A DNA stretch of 64,000 nucleotides from Carcharhinus longimanus (lineage: Eukaryota), in NCBI GenBank assembly GCA_030264375.1, contig JASCQW010000105.1:51747313-51811312 (forward strand), read 5' to 3'. The notes below the pieces were generated by a model that worked only from the letters and a program-made list of their open reading frames with translations, was not told where the DNA came from and made no database searches. The position numbers were made by a program, and so were the translations under genes. Positions 1-13,769 of this stretch are shown one piece after another. The stretch's first letter is position 1. Each line of letters starts with the position of its first letter.

Positions 1-790
1 GTGGACCAGTTCACTTATCTTGGCAGCACCCTCTCCCAAGCAGTGACTATTGATACAGAAGTTAACTGCAGAATGGCGAAGACAAGTTCTGCTTTTGGTA
101 GACTGTGCACCACTGTATGGGAACGTCGAGGAATCAGCCCAGCAGCAAAACTGAAGGTCTACAGCTCTGTGGTTCTCACTACCCTCCTGTATGCCTGTGA
201 AATGTGGACCATGTATCGAAGGCACGCAAGACAGCTCAATCATTTCCACATGACTTGTCTTAGCAGAAAATTATGCATCCGATGGCAAGACAAAGTACCA
301 GACACTGAAGTTCTCTCTAGAGCAAGTCTGCTATCAGTCCACACACTGATGAGAGCGCAGACCCGGTGGGCAGGTCACATCATCCGTGTGCCAGATGACC
401 ACATACCCAAGCAGCTCCATTTTGGGGAACTCTCTGCTGGAAGACACTCGCGTGGAGGGCAGAAGAAAGTTTTAAAGACACACTCAAGGCCTCTCTGAAG
501 TCGCTTGACATTGACACAACCACCTGGGAAATGCTGGCACAAAACTGCCCTACCTGGCGCTGCCTCATCCACAAAGGCTGTCAAGTTCATGAAGCAAGGT
601 GTATTGCTGAAGCACAACTTAAGTGTGAGCTGGGCAAGTCCAGAGCCACTAGCACAACAACTACAGTGACTACACAAGTCTGTCAATATGTGCCAGGATA
701 TTCCGTGCCCGAGTTGGTCTGATCAGTCATCTTCGGGCACACCACCTCAAAATGACTAATGGTCCTCAACGATGACAAAGGACGAACAAT
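1..790 (+). mobile_element. RTE-clade LINE, 3' part of ORF2 and 3' end (frameshifted)
   Basis: ORF 1..498 FTYLGSTLS...EVNCRMAKTSSAFGRL...LLYACEMWT is a typical RTE RT C-terminus. A C2H2-like remnant (CARIFRARVGLISHLRAH) lies near 690-745, followed by an RTE-like tail GGACGAACAA. Confidence 0.88.
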
Positions 791-2457
791 TGACTGCTTC
801 CTCACATTAGCATGGCCAGGATTAATCACTCATTTTGTTGGAGGGGAAGGTAAGGGGGTATGCATTTAACTCTTTTATGCATTGACAAAAGTATCTGACA
901 AAATTTTCAAAATACTGAGCACACCACTTTATGATTTTCATATGGTGCTGGGTAGAAAACAATAGTGTTGATCAGCTACAATTGCTTGCTTTACACACTG
1001 ATTTAAGTCTTGTTCATGTCTATTCTGACAGAAATTAAAATGATTGTGTGTAAAATGAGGGCCACTGTTCAACTCATGCTATGAACGAAAGTGAAAATTA
1101 CCTCCACATCTCTACGCTTATCTCATCAAGATTGATATTTGTTAAACTTATTAGATTTAATATTCAACCATGAATTGAAAAACCCACAAACAAAATTATA
1201 TGATTGGCTCTACCTGTTAACAGAATGCAAGGAGATCCAAAATAGTGACAGCAGCACCTAGACTGGTAATGTATGTATTAAAAAAGGTGCTATAAAACAC
1301 TACAGCATCTTTGCATTTAGTATTTGACAACTTAGAACGATCATCTTAAAGATTTTCATATTGGCCTGAAAAATGTCAGTTGTAAAAATGTAGTGGAGGT
1401 TGCAGCAAATGTCAGCAACTTAATGGAATGGCTTGCTACTTGTGTGTTCAACCCACACCTTCGTCGCCAAGGCAGTAATTTGGCAGAGTGGATCACTCCC
1501 TGCCATCTTTCATCCAATTAATTTCTACCCATCCAATGCATTTCCCATCTTAATATATGGTAATTCAATATACAAGTCAACATCAATTGCAACATGCTCA
1601 TTGAAAGCATGAGCTGATGTCAGTTGTCAGTGAGTTAATTTAGTATATCAATACAATTATGCAACTGGAAAGCTCCCATTTAAGTCAATACAGTTCTTGT
1701 TTGCCAAGCTGAATTCATCATTGCTCTCATCACCAGTGCTCATCTGTCAGACACCAGTCATTCACAAGATGAAAATCTAGAATTGCTGTCTCTGGCCACA
1801 ATCCTTAAAGTATATCTTAAATCATCTACCATACAATGGTGATTTTCTGTACACTTAGGATACAACATAAAAAATCTCCATAGCTGTCATTCCATAAATT
1901 GACATCCTAGTCATAACATTGAATGCATCAACCTTTAAACTAGTTCCGAATGAAGTCTTCTTCGTTATCACATTGCAAACAATGCATGTTTCGAGATTAA
2001 GATTAGTCACAAGATTGCATTGGAAGGAAGACCCATTATCAATAATCACAATTCTCAACACTCTTGCTTCACTCGGGTAGTCCAATGATTAAACATTGAT
2101 ACCGAGAAAAGCTGCAAGGCAATTTAAATCTTCTAAGCCTGCAATTTACTGCAGTCTTGTTCCAAATGACAATCCAAATTTAAACTTTTTTTCTCTAATT
2201 AAGTATCACTGGCGTATAATTTCTCAACACTGTTACTGTCCAGTAGCTCACTTGCAGTGTAGTGAACACTGTCGTTAAATGCAAATCTTTCTGCCAATAT
2301 CCACACTGATGCCTTTCCTGTACAGGCCACATGATAACCATCACTGACTGATAACCTTGGGTGATTTATAGCTCATGGGTAAATGGAACTACTATTTGCA
2401 TTGCACCTTTAATGTAGTAAACCATCTCAAGGCCCTTACCTTAGCAAGTTGACTTCT

Positions 2458-2746
2458 CATAGAATCCTAGAGTGCAGAAGGAGGCCATACAGCCCATTGA
2501 GTCTGCACCGACCACAGTCCCACACAGGCCCTAACTCCATGAATTTAGCCTCACTAGTCCCCCAGATACTAAAGGGCAATTTAGCATGGCCCATCCATCT
2601 AACCCGCACATCTTTGGACTGTGGGAGGAAACCAAGCATCCGGAGGAAACCCACACAGACATGGAGAGAATGTGCAAACTCCACACAGACAGTGATCCAT
2701 GCTGGGAATTGAGCCTGGGTCCTGGCGCTAACCACCGTGCCACCCC
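2458..2746 (-). mobile_element. HE1-like V-SINE (tRNA head, V domain, LINE-derived tail) with 8-bp TSD
   Basis: V-domain motif cacatctttggactgtgggaggaaacc...tgtgcaaactccacacag. TGACTTCT is duplicated at 2450-2457 and 2747-2754. Confidence 0.88.
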
Positions 2747-2864
2747 TGACTTCTGATCTAATCCGGATTAGCTAAACTCAACTCGGAAAGGAAATTAAAA
2801 GCAGAGACAAAAAGTACTTTTTTGAATTTAAAGCAAACTTTGAATGGCCTCAGCTGCTTTGTTG

Positions 2865-3345
2865 TTTCTAGGCTTGACTGTTCCAACACTCCTGGCCAAC
2901 CTCCTACTTTCTACCACCCTCTTCAATATTTAGATAATTGAGAATACTTCTGCCCGTGACCCAAGTTGCACCAGGTTCTCTTCACTCAGCAATTCCATTC
3001 TAAAATTCTCATCCTGGTTTTCAAATCCCTCCAAGGCCTAAATTGTAAATGCCCATTCCTGTAATCTCCTTCAATAATGCCCCCATCCCCACACAGCTCC
3101 GGTATCCACAGTCCTCTTATTTCTGGTCTCATGATAATCTGATTTTAATTACTTCAGTGCCTTCAGTGGCCCAGGCTGTAAAGCTGTCAAATTCTCTCCC
3201 TGCACCTTTATGCCTTCTTTAAGATGCTCTCCCAAACCTATTTAATTGTACAAGCCTTGTGTCAAATTTTGCTTTAAAATGTTCCTATTAAATATCTTGG
3301 TAGAGTTAATTCTGTTAAAGGTGCTATGTAAATACAAATTGTTCT
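2865..3345 (+). mobile_element. L2-type LINE 3' end, decayed
   Basis: SRLD-like remnant ctaggcttgact, the motif taaaattctcatcctggttttcaaatccctcc, and tail aaaggtgctatgtaaat. Confidence 0.65.
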
Positions 3346-4374
3346 TATCTGTATCATCAGTCACATCTTAATGAAGGAAGTCAGTGGCTATCAATCTGTG
3401 TAATCATGAATCATCACATTAGTCATCTAAGGCTTGTTGGTCTGAGTACCACTTGTGCAAATCTGTTTTCACTGTGATCCAAACTTTGAATTTAAACATG
3501 TAATCACTCTGGACTTCTTATACACTTACCAGTAAACGGATCTAGAAAAGTATCAGCAACAAGTTGGGGTGGGGTGCCTGCTATGTGATAAAGTAACAGC
3601 ATAGCAACAATGGTCGGGGGAATGATAAAAAAAATCTAAATTAATTTTAGAGATATAATTGGGTGGAGGGTACAGTCAGCATATGCATTCCACGTGCTAA
3701 TCAAATTTAGAAAGAACATGTATTGCTATTACACACACAGAAGAAAACAATAAAGAGTCATACTCCAACATCAAGCCACCAATTGGGAACTTAATTTTAG
3801 AAATTGGGCTATGCACACTATGATTTTCCAACCATCAATTTAAATGGTCAGAAGAACTTGCACAGCATACAATCCATTTCCAATCTGCATTGCCACCAAT
3901 GTCTCCCCACCTGGAGTGCAATGGAAATACTACATCTTGAAGCTTGTCATAACCTCTTTAACAAGCTTTTAGCCTGGTTTAGCTCATTAACATCCATTTA
4001 TTATTTCCTCCTCTCTACTCTTTTTGTTTTAAAAAGATCTGTCAGCTTCACCAGGAGAAGGAAGTTGGGAAATTTACTAAATCTGTCAGATGACATATTG
4101 AAGACAATGGTTATGGTTTTGGACTAACAATGTGAAGGTGATGATTAGACAGTTAAAGAAGTTTAATGGAGCTTCTGAATAATGCTGGGTTCAGTGCAGT
4201 ACAAGTTTGCTGTGGGCGATAATATGAAAGGGACACTATTGCATTGGCATGTCCAGTGATGAAAATTGGCTGGTGTAATCTAGGACAACAGCCCTTTAGT
4301 GCTATTGTCCTAGATTAATCCATAACACCAAGGTTAGTGAGATCACATATAAATATTCAAGTTAGAGACGGGAT

Positions 4375-5420
4375 AAGCTACTTGGCCCTGCTCTGCCATT
4401 CAATAAGATCATGGCTGATTGGATTGTAACTTCAAGCCCACTTTCCTGCCTATCCCTGATACCTTTGCATGTCCTTGTTAGTTAACAATTTAACTTTAGT
4501 TCTGCCTTAAAAATGTTCAAAGACTCTGCTTCCACTGCCTTTTCAGAAAGAGAGTTCCAAAGACTTATAACCCTCTGATTGAGAAGATTTCTTTTCATTT
4601 CTGTCTTAAATGAGACCCCCCCACCTTATTTTTAAACAGTGACTCCTAGTTCTAGATTCTCCTTGCATCCTCTCATCTCTCTTGTCAATACGCATTAGAA
4701 TTTTAAAGGTTTCGATCAAGTCATCTCTTACTCTTCTTGGACATACTCTTCTCTCCCTCACATTGAATGCAAAATAAAACCATATTATGATCATTGCTAC
4801 CTAGGGTTGCCTCATTATGAGGTTATTAATTAATCATATATCATTGCACAAAACCAGGTCTAGTACAACCTGCCTTCCGGTCAGCTGTAGAATGTGCTGT
4901 TCTAAAAAAAACTATCCCAAATCATCCATCTCATCTATGTTACTTTTGCTCATCTAGTTTTTCCAATTTACATGAAGATTAAAATCTCCATGATTATTGC
5001 AGTACCTTTTGACAAACTCCCATGATCATTTCCTTTGAACTCTGTCCTACCTTATAGCTATAATTAGGGGGCCTGTACACCATTCCTACAAGTGACTTTT
5101 TGCCTTTATAGTTTCTCACTTTAACCCAAACTGATTCTACATCCTGGTTTCCTGAGCTTAGGTTAGCTTTCTCAAGTGTGCCAATACCATCATTAATTAA
5201 CAGAGCCACCTTTGTTCTTAACTTCCCATCCTTCCCAAGTGTCATATCCTCTTCAATTTACAGGTTCCAACCTATGTCATCCTGTAGCCATGTCTCTATA
5301 AAAGCTATCAGATTGTACATACTATTTCTATTTGTACCTTCAGTTCACCTGTTTTGTTTTAAATGCTACATGCATTTAGACACAGAACCTTGGGTTTTGT
5401 CCCTCTATTATTTTTGTACT
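4375..5420 (-). mobile_element. CR1-type LINE fragments (3' end ~4375-4740; APE endonuclease remnant ~4990-5400)
   Basis: ORF 4606..4794 gives DLIETFKIL...ESRTRSHCLKIR; ORF 4994..5245 gives VESVWVKVRNYKGKKSLVGMVYRPP. Confidence 0.82.
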
Positions 5421-5594
5421 ATTTAGTCTTATCTGCTGAATAACTCTTAGATTTGTACTCTTATGTCTCTTGCTGTCATGATCTTTTTATTTTTCATATT
5501 CGTACCTTTCCCGTTTGCCTTATCTCTACACAGACAAATAAGCAACAAAACATGTGGTGCACCCCAAAAGGTCAGAAAGCAGGCATGTGGCCGT

Positions 5595-5955
5595 TTCAGC
5601 TATAGCTCAGTTGGCATTCTTGTTCCTGTCAGAAGGTTGCAGGTTTAAATTCTACTCCAGGGCTTAAGCACAGAAATCCAGGCTCACACTCCAATGTGAT
5701 ACCAACGGACTGCTGCCCTGTCAGAGGTGCCATCATTTGAGTCAGACATTACACTGAAGTGTCCACCCTCTCAGAAGGATAGAAAAGGTTCTATTAATAT
5801 CTAGGAGATGGGGTGCTGTCCCATGTTCGGGCAAATACTAATTCCTCAACCAATATCACATTCTGTTTGTGGGAGTTTGTCATGTGCAAATTGGTGACAA
5901 ACCATTTTGGGCCATCCTGACGTCATGAAAAACACGATAGAAGTCTTTCTTTCTT
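5595..5955 (+). mobile_element. DeuSINE (SacSINE1/AmnSINE1-related)
   Basis: tRNA-like head agctcagttgg, Deu-domain motif ctgtcagaggtgccatc, and tail aagtctttctttc. Confidence 0.65.
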
Positions 5956-7457
5956 TATGTTAAAATTTAAATAGTAGAGTGCATTCATAATGTGACAAAA
6001 CTGTCCAACTGGCACAAGCACCAAAGGGAAGGCCTAAAAATACATTTTTCAAGTTGCTCTGACTGGCCCTTGGCTGTTGTACCCCTTTCTGCTGTGAAAA
6101 TGCTACTCAAATTGGAATAATCAACCTCTGACATTATATGTCCCTGCTATTCCCAGTGTGTTCATGTGCCATACAAATGAGTGCTATGGTATTATTCTTA
6201 TGAGCTGACTTGGCATTACTGGGTGAAGTCAGTTCAGGTCCAAGCAAGCTAAGGGGCACCTGATCAACATTGGCTCCATCTTGGCTGTGCATGGACTGCA
6301 TTATTGCCCAACATACCTTGGCATTTATAATAAAGCCAATGTATCTCTGTAGTTCATTTAATGCTGAGATTTTAGACACCACAGAAGGTCAGAAGCAATT
6401 TATTCAATTAATATCTAACATGGGGGATCTGTTTATCAAACTGAATGTAAAATAAACAATCTCTCACTATGTCTTCAAATTTGTTGGTTCCCCGAGTTCA
6501 TATTTGATAAACAGAAGCTTAATAAATCATTACATTCTTATAAGAATAGGATTAAAAAACTGCAGCCTATTGGCACTTACTAGAAATAATAAATTCTAGA
6601 TATCAATTGCAAGCATTTCAATTATGAAATTTCTGTAAGGAAAGTTCTAGTTCTATGGAAGGTACATGACTGAAGAGTATAAACACTGCAATATTAACAT
6701 TACTGTTGCCTTCATTTTTAGTAAGATTACTTTGTTAGCTGAACATAGAACATAGAACACTACAGCACAAACAGGCCCTTCGGCCCACGAGTTGCGCCGA
6801 TCACATCAACACCTACNNNNNNNNNNNNNNNNNNNNNNNNNNNNNNNNNNNNNNNNNNNNNNNNNNNNNNNNNNNNNNNNNNNNNNNNNNNNNNNNNNNN
6901 NNNNNNNNNNNNNNNNCTTTAAACCCTATCAATTGACCACTAGTGCCCCAAGAGAGGTGTTCCCAGATGAGCTAGTAAAGTTACAAGAGGGAATACTCTA
7001 GTAATGACCATATGTGAATCACTGGGTGATGGTCATGTGATAAGCCCACCCTCTGTGCATTTAAGCTTCTGCTTATATAACAGGATATATTTCAAATCAG
7101 GACGGTGATATTAAGAGGAAGCAATCTACCTTTCATACCCTGTTTGCTGACTTTAAGGCTTCCTAGGGATATCCCTGCTCAAGATAAGGATGTCTTGAAT
7201 AAAATTAACCCAGCACCAAGATTTCCAGAAAGGCAGCCAGATCAACCAGGTCAATCTTTAGATCACATTCACTAGGGAAACAGCAGGACCACCAAATTCA
7301 TTCAGTTGTCATCGAACTCTAGTCACCATATTTCTCTGGATTCAAATTCAATGAATGTATTCTTCCCTACTTTGTACCTATTTGCATATGTATGTGAACT
7401 ATGAGTGTGCATATGTTTTTTTAAAATTCATTCATGGGGTGTGGGCATTATTGCAGA

Positions 7458-7724
7458 ACATCAGCACCAGGGACCTGGGTTCTATTCCCAGCTTGGGTCA
7501 CTGTCTGTGCAAAGTCTGCACGTTCTCCCCGTGTCTGTGTGGGTTTCCTCCCCATCCTGTGGTTTTCTCCAACAGTCCAAAAGATATGCTAGTTAGGTGC
7601 ACTGACCATTCTAAATTGCCCTTTAGTGTACCCACTGGAGTGTGGTAACTGGGGGATCTTCACAGTAACTTCACTCCTGTGTCAGTGTAAGCCTACTTGA
7701 GACACTAATAAATAAACTTTAAAC
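7458..7724 (+). mobile_element. V-SINE with alternative 3' tail
   Basis: V domain cacgttctccccgtgtctgtgtgggtttcctcc followed by tail ttcacagtaacttc...gtaagcctacttgagacactaataaataaacttt, which differs from the HE1 tail. Confidence 0.78.
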
Positions 7725-8040
7725 TGGAGAGGCCAGCATTTGTTGCTCATCCCTCAAAGTAGTGATGAGCTGCCTTCTTGAATCACTGAAATCCATGTGG
7801 TATAGCTGCTGTTGGGAAGGGAATTCCAGGATTTTAATACAGCAACAGTGGAGAAATAGTATTAAATTTCCAAATTAGGATTGAGAATGATTTGGAGGAA
7901 AACTTCCAGGTGGTGTCATTCCCATTTCTCTAGTACTTTTGACCTTCTTGATGGTAGTGGTTGCGGGTTTAGAAGATATTATCGAAGGAAGTTTGGCGAG
8001 TTCTTGCAGTACATCTTGTAGATTGTACGCATTGTTGAAT

Positions 8041-8290
8041 TATAGAATCCTACAGTGCAAAAGGAGGCCATTTGGCCCACAATCCCATCCAGGCCCTATC
8101 CCTATAACCCCATGCATTTACCCTAGCTAGTTTCCCTGACACTAAGGGACAATTTAGCATGGCTAATCCACTGAACCCACACATCTTTAGACTGTGGGAA
8201 GAAACCAGAGCACCTGGAGGGACCATGCAGACACAGGGAGAACGTGCAAGCTCCACACAGGCTGGGAGTCAAACCTGGGTCCAGCGCTAA
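8041..8290 (-). mobile_element. HE1-like V-SINE
   Basis: Same V domain and tagaatcc...cagtgc tail as 2458-2746. Confidence 0.85.
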
Positions 8291-10489
8291 GCGGCGTTGT
8301 CACTGCACTGGTGGTGGAAGGAGTAAGTATTTGTGAATGGGACAGCAGTCAAGCAGACTGTTTAGTCCTGGATGGTGACAAGCTTACGGAGTGCTGTTGG
8401 AGCTGCACTCATCCAGGCAAGTGCGGATATTCCATCTTAATCCTGACTTGTGCTTTGTAGATGGCAGACAAGCTTTGCGTAATCAAGTATGTTATTTGCC
8501 ACAGGATTCCTCGCCTCAAACCTCCTCCAATGGCCAGTAGTGTTTAAATGGCTGGTCCAGTTGAGTTTCTGGTCAATGGGAACCCCAGGGTGTTGGTAGT
8601 GGTGGGTTTAGTGATGATAATGGCATTGAATGTCAAAAGGCGATGGCTAGTCTCTCTTTCTGGAGATGGTCATTGCCTGGTACAAATGAAATTTGCCACT
8701 TGTCAGCCCAAGCCTGGATATTGTCAACCTGCGTTTGGTTATGAACTGCTTCAGTATCTGAGGAATCATTATATGGTTCTAACATTGTGCATACATCATC
8801 AGCATACATCCCCACTTCTGGTCTTATCATGGAAGAGGGTCATTGATGAAGCAGCTGAAGATGCCTGGGCCCAGGACACTACCCCAAGAACTCCTGCAGT
8901 AATGTCCTGGAACTGAGATGATTGTCCTCCAACAATTTCAACCATCTTCCTCTGTGCTGGGTAGGACTCCGAATAGTGGAGAGTTTTATCAATTCCCACT
9001 GACTTTGGTTTTCCTGGAGCAAAGTTTAGAGAGATATTTTATTGATTTACCTAGACCGGTTGAAGTGCAATAAAACTAACTTTTTCTTTGTTTAACACAA
9101 GAAAACTTGGCTGATTGGTTTTGTTATAATCACAGTGCCTGCACAGTTAAACACTCACTGAATTGGCAGGAATATCCTTTTCCCAAAAACCCTCTGACAG
9201 TCAAATGAGTGGTGGTGAAAGAGGGTCATTCAATCCTCTCCTCACCTAATTGTAACAATATGCATACATTTCACTTGTCTGAACATAAATTCAAACTGCT
9301 CACCAGCCTAAGTCTACTTTAGGTTGGCTGGTACAGTAAGTGGAAAGGGTGATTTGTGATAATATGCATTAGTCTCTGGTAAATGTATTTTGCAGCTCTT
9401 GGCAGTGAAGCCAAATTGGAATGTTATTTATATCTCCACGGGATACTTAGAATCGCAAGGCAAATTTACACCACTACTGAAACAGGGTCACAACACAATA
9501 GTCCCCACAATATCAATGCTGCGAGAGTAGGTCCCCCCAGTGACTCGCGTGGTTTTAAAAAAAGGGAATGGCTAAGCCATAGAGTTGAGAAAGTCTGTGC
9601 TGATTTTGAGTCACTTAATATGCCTACTTTGGGGAAGTATAAATCAGTCATAGTGTCAGCTGAAGATTGCAGTTCTGAAATCATTGCTGTCAGCGCATAA
9701 AATATATTTTGGCACTGATGGCTTAGTTCCTCCCATTGTTGACTTGCCAACACTCATTGTCTTGGCGCACACATGGTCATGTGGGCAAGCATTAGAGGAA
9801 TGCCAGTACATTCAGAAGGGATCACATTTTTGGGCAGGTGAGTAACAGGAAGAATTACAAATAGAATGAAATAGATCAAAGCAATATTGTACTGTCTCCA
9901 TTCTTCCCCAAAGACTAACAGCTGAATCTGTAATGATCCCCACAATTGAGCACCGAGCTGAAGAAGCTTACTTGTCTGTGCTATAATCTTCATTAATTAA
10001 TTATAGAGTCTGTGTAGCTAAAAATAAATGACATTTAACCCTGGATTGCGAATATCTTTATTGCTTAAATTCCTGTTGTCAGGAGACTCAATTAGTGAGT
10101 TTCAGCAATTGCTTAGAAATGATCTTTATGTCAACTAAGACCTATTATTTTCGACTTCAGAAATGCAACCTGTAATCTGCACCCTAATTCAATGCTTTAT
10201 CCCAGCTTTCCTTTGTACATAAAACAACCTGCTTTAATGTGGTGGATGGGAGGCAGATAAAAGCAAGCACTTCAAGCTGTGTTACCTCATTTCCAGGTCC
10301 TTGTTTTGTACAATACAAATACAAGCAAAAAAAAAGTGCACCATCTCATTTTTTTCCTAATTTCCTTCCTTGTGCAAGTGATAATGATGAGGCTGCAATT
10401 TGATTGCCAGCCCACTGTCTTGACTAAGCGGCGGTGGATCTTCCTCTCGAACAGCTGCAATTTTAGCGCCGAATCCTGATTTTACGCTA

Positions 10490-10862
10490 GAGTCATAGAG
10501 CAAAACAGCACGGAATGAGGCCCTTCAGCCCAACCAATTCATGCTGACCATGGTGCCCTCCCAGCTAGTCGCAATTGGTTCATATTCCTCTAATCCTTTC
10601 CCAACCATATCCTTATCCAAATGCTTTTGAAATGTTTCTATTGAACCTGCTTCAATCGCTTTCTCTGGCAGCTCATTCGATATACATACCACCCTCTGCG
10701 TGAAGAAGTTGTCAGGTCCCTTTTAAATCTTTCTCACCTTAAACCTTTGCCCTCTAGTTTTCAATTCCCCTATCCTGGGGAAAAAGACTACATGTGTTCA
10801 TCTTACCTATGCTCCTCATGATTTTATACACCTCAATAAAGATCACCCCTCACTCTCTTACG
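10490..10862 (-). mobile_element. CR1/HER1-like LINE 3' end
   Basis: gtcatagag...acagcacgg...ggcccttcagcc tail and accaccctctgcgtgaagaag (FFTQRVV) motif. Confidence 0.78.
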
Positions 10863-11254
10863 TCTGAACTTCAACATGCAATACTTCTCCAAACAGTTAT
10901 GGATCCTGTATCATTGTGCAGTGGTCTGAAAAGTTCCTCCTCTTTTAAATAACATATGCAGTGGAATCACTGGTTTTATTATCATCGGGTGGTTGAGTCC
11001 TAGAACTCAATCACAGTGTTAGATTCCAAGTGCTACATATCTATACTGTACTATTATTGTACAAGGAGCTTTACAAGAATTGAGTGTGAAAACTAATACA
11101 TTGTACTTTAAGGTCATTTGTATGATATCAAGTGTGTTTGATTATTTTATATAATGCCACACACCATCATTGAGAATGGAGAGCCCCAATTTCAGCCCAG
11201 CAAGATTGCGGATTCACACACATCAAAGCAACCCTAAGAAAGAGATTTTTCTTT

Positions 11255-11490
11255 GGGAGGTGCCATTTTTCAGATTAGACTTTAAAATCAAGGCCCCATT
11301 TGTTCTCTCATATTAGCATAAAAGATCCCATGGTTCAAAAAGTAGTAGAATGCTCCTGATATTGTGACGAATATTAACCCCTCAATCAACATTACTTGGT
11401 CTTGGTGGGACATGGCTGTAAGCAATTCAAAATATTTCAATGGCTGGGAAACAGTTTGGCATTTCCTGAAGTGTAAGTTTCTTTTAAATG
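11255..11490 (+). mobile_element. DeuSINE fragment
   Basis: ggaggtgccatttttcagattagactttaaa...aaagatcccatgg matches the Deu core. Confidence 0.62.
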
Positions 11491-11626
11491 TGCCATAAGA
11501 GCAGGAGGCAGATTCCAATGCATCTAGCCTTGAGCATTTAGCAACACACGCAGCCACTCATACGTACAAGTTTAAAGAGATTGGTTTAAAAGAGACTGGT
11601 TTAGAAGCGATCAGACCAGGGCTGCA

Positions 11627-12525
11627 ATCATAGAATCATACAGTGCACAAGCTGCCCTCTGGCCCATCGCATCCACACCGCCGCATTAGAAACACCTGAA
11701 TTCCCAACTAATGCCATCTGCCAGCATTTGGCCCATTGCCCTGAATGCTATGATGTGCCAAGTGCTCATCTGGATACTTTTTAAAGGATATGTGGCAACC
11801 TGCCTCATCCACCCTCCAAGGCAGCACATTCCAGACCGTCACCACCCTCTGGGTAAAGGTTTTTCCTCATTTCTCCCCAAAACCCCATGCCCCTCACCTT
11901 GAACCTATACCCCCTCATGACTGACCTTTCAACTGAGGGGGAACAGTTGCTCCTTATCCACTCTGTCCATGTCTCTCATAATCTTGTACACCTCGATCAG
12001 GTCACCCCCTCAGTCTTCTCTGCACCAACAAAATAACACANNNNNNNNNNNNNNNNNNNNNNNNNNNNNNNNNNNNNNNNNNNNNNNNNNNNNNNNNNNN
12101 NNNNNNNNNNNNNNNNNNNNNNNNNNNNNNNNNNNNNNNNTGTCCATGTCTCTCATAATCTTGTACACCTCGATCAGGTCACCCCCTCAGTCTTCTCTGC
12201 ACCAACAAAATAACACAAGTCTTTCCAATCTCTCTTCATAACTTAAGTGTTCCATCCCAGGCAACATCCTGGTGAATCTCCTCTGCATCCCCCTCTAATG
12301 CAATCAGATCCTTCTGATAATGTGATGACCAGAACTGCACACAGCACTATAGTTGTGGCCTCACCAAAGTTCTATACAACTCCAACATGACTTCACTGCT
12401 TTTGTAATCTATGCATTGATTGATAAAATCAAGTGTTGCACATGTCTTTTTCACCACCCTACTAACATACCCTTCTGCTTTCAGAGATCTGTGGACAAAA
12501 ACGCAAAGATCCCTTTGTTCCACAG
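11627..12525 (-). mobile_element. CR1-type LINE 3' region spanning an assembly gap
   Basis: atcatagaatcatacagtgcac tail; antisense motifs DLIEVYKIMR and CVQFWSSHYQK. Confidence 0.82.
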
Positions 12526-13769
12526 AATTTGGTGCATTGCATCACACATACAGCATGAATGATCAACATCAGCACCTAGTGGCCCACGAAGAGAAAGATG
12601 TTGCTGGCTGGAAGATCTGTACGCATCACTGCTTAAGTTGACAAGTCTAGATGCTGTGCATTCACCTGTTTACAAGCTTTACATTGACAGAATACAATTC
12701 TTTCCTGTTTTGGAAAAATATTTAACAAGGGCCTAGTGGACACAATCAATGACTCCCTGGACCTTTGGGAATCGCTGTGTCCTCTCATGGCACCATTGTT
12801 CTTTGGAATAATCACATTGTATTCTCCAGCAAACAATGTATCAAAGATTCACTTAATGTACTTGCAGAGGCACTGGTTCTCTAAGAACTGCAGGTTTGCA
12901 AGTCTTTACCTGCATATTTTGATATGGAGGGACTGGTGCCACCAATGCTATGTATCTCACAGCTGTCTAACAAACCTGTTGTTTTGCATCTTTATCTAAA
13001 CAACAAACATATGGAAGAATTCTCAATGTAAGAATTGTTTGAATTGTGCAGAGGAAAGGTGAGCATAAGAGAAGAAACCAAAGTAACTGATTACATTAAG
13101 GGGGAAAGATTTCACATAGTTTTTTGAAGTAAACTCAGAACAGATACTATAATTTACCTCTTAAAAATGCTAATTTATTAGTGAGAATATAGCAAAAGAG
13201 TGCAAACTGGCCATTTGATGACATTTTTGCCCAAATACAGACAATGCTACATGCATCTGCTAGAAATTGTGGCAAGAAGTTTGCAGAGGTCTAGTATAAT
13301 AAATCTCTGCCCAATATTTAGAGTAGCTACTTCCTCCTAGTAGATTCTTAATTAAGGTTGATGAGCCCTACCAATTCAGAACTGCCTGGTTGACAGGCAC
13401 CAAACGCCCGACTTCACACCCCTGCCCACATTTCTAAACAAAGACTGACACATGAAGCCAGGCAGTCAGTATTTGATTAGGGAAGACTGTTTGAAATACT
13501 GATCACATGAGACTTCTTGAAGATGAAGACATCTCAGCTCTCATCATCATCCTGATCCTTCCTAACCCTCATGAATGCGAGGCAACTTTAGCTGCACCAT
13601 TTAAAACAATTAAAAGCATCCCATTTTCACTGTGAAGTAGCAGGACAATCTTCCCAACAGTGAGTTTCATGTAAAGTACTGCATACCTGGCATCAAAAAC
13701 ATACTCTTTAGCTATCAGTTTTGCTGTGCTGGTCATATAATTCGCATGTACAATTCCCACATACCAAAG

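Larger units (their letters stand above)
7427..9020 (-). mobile_element. CR1-type LINE (RT and 3' end) interrupted by two nested SINEs
   Basis: ORF 8799..8999 (RKMVEIVGGQSSQFQDITAGV) and ORF 8633..8830 (VGMYADD...NIQAWADKWQISF). The 3' tail motif is split at ~7455-7725. Confidence 0.82.

Noticed and set aside
955-980. ctgatcaacactattgt on the minus strand resembling the exon 74 LIQHYC codons
   Set aside because: It needs a frameshift, and the flanks do not encode DDEHL or QSLNQ; chance match.
11963-12218. Apparent ~78-bp direct repeat either side of the N run
   Set aside because: Identical sequence abuts a 100-N gap, the signature of overlapping contig ends (assembly artefact).
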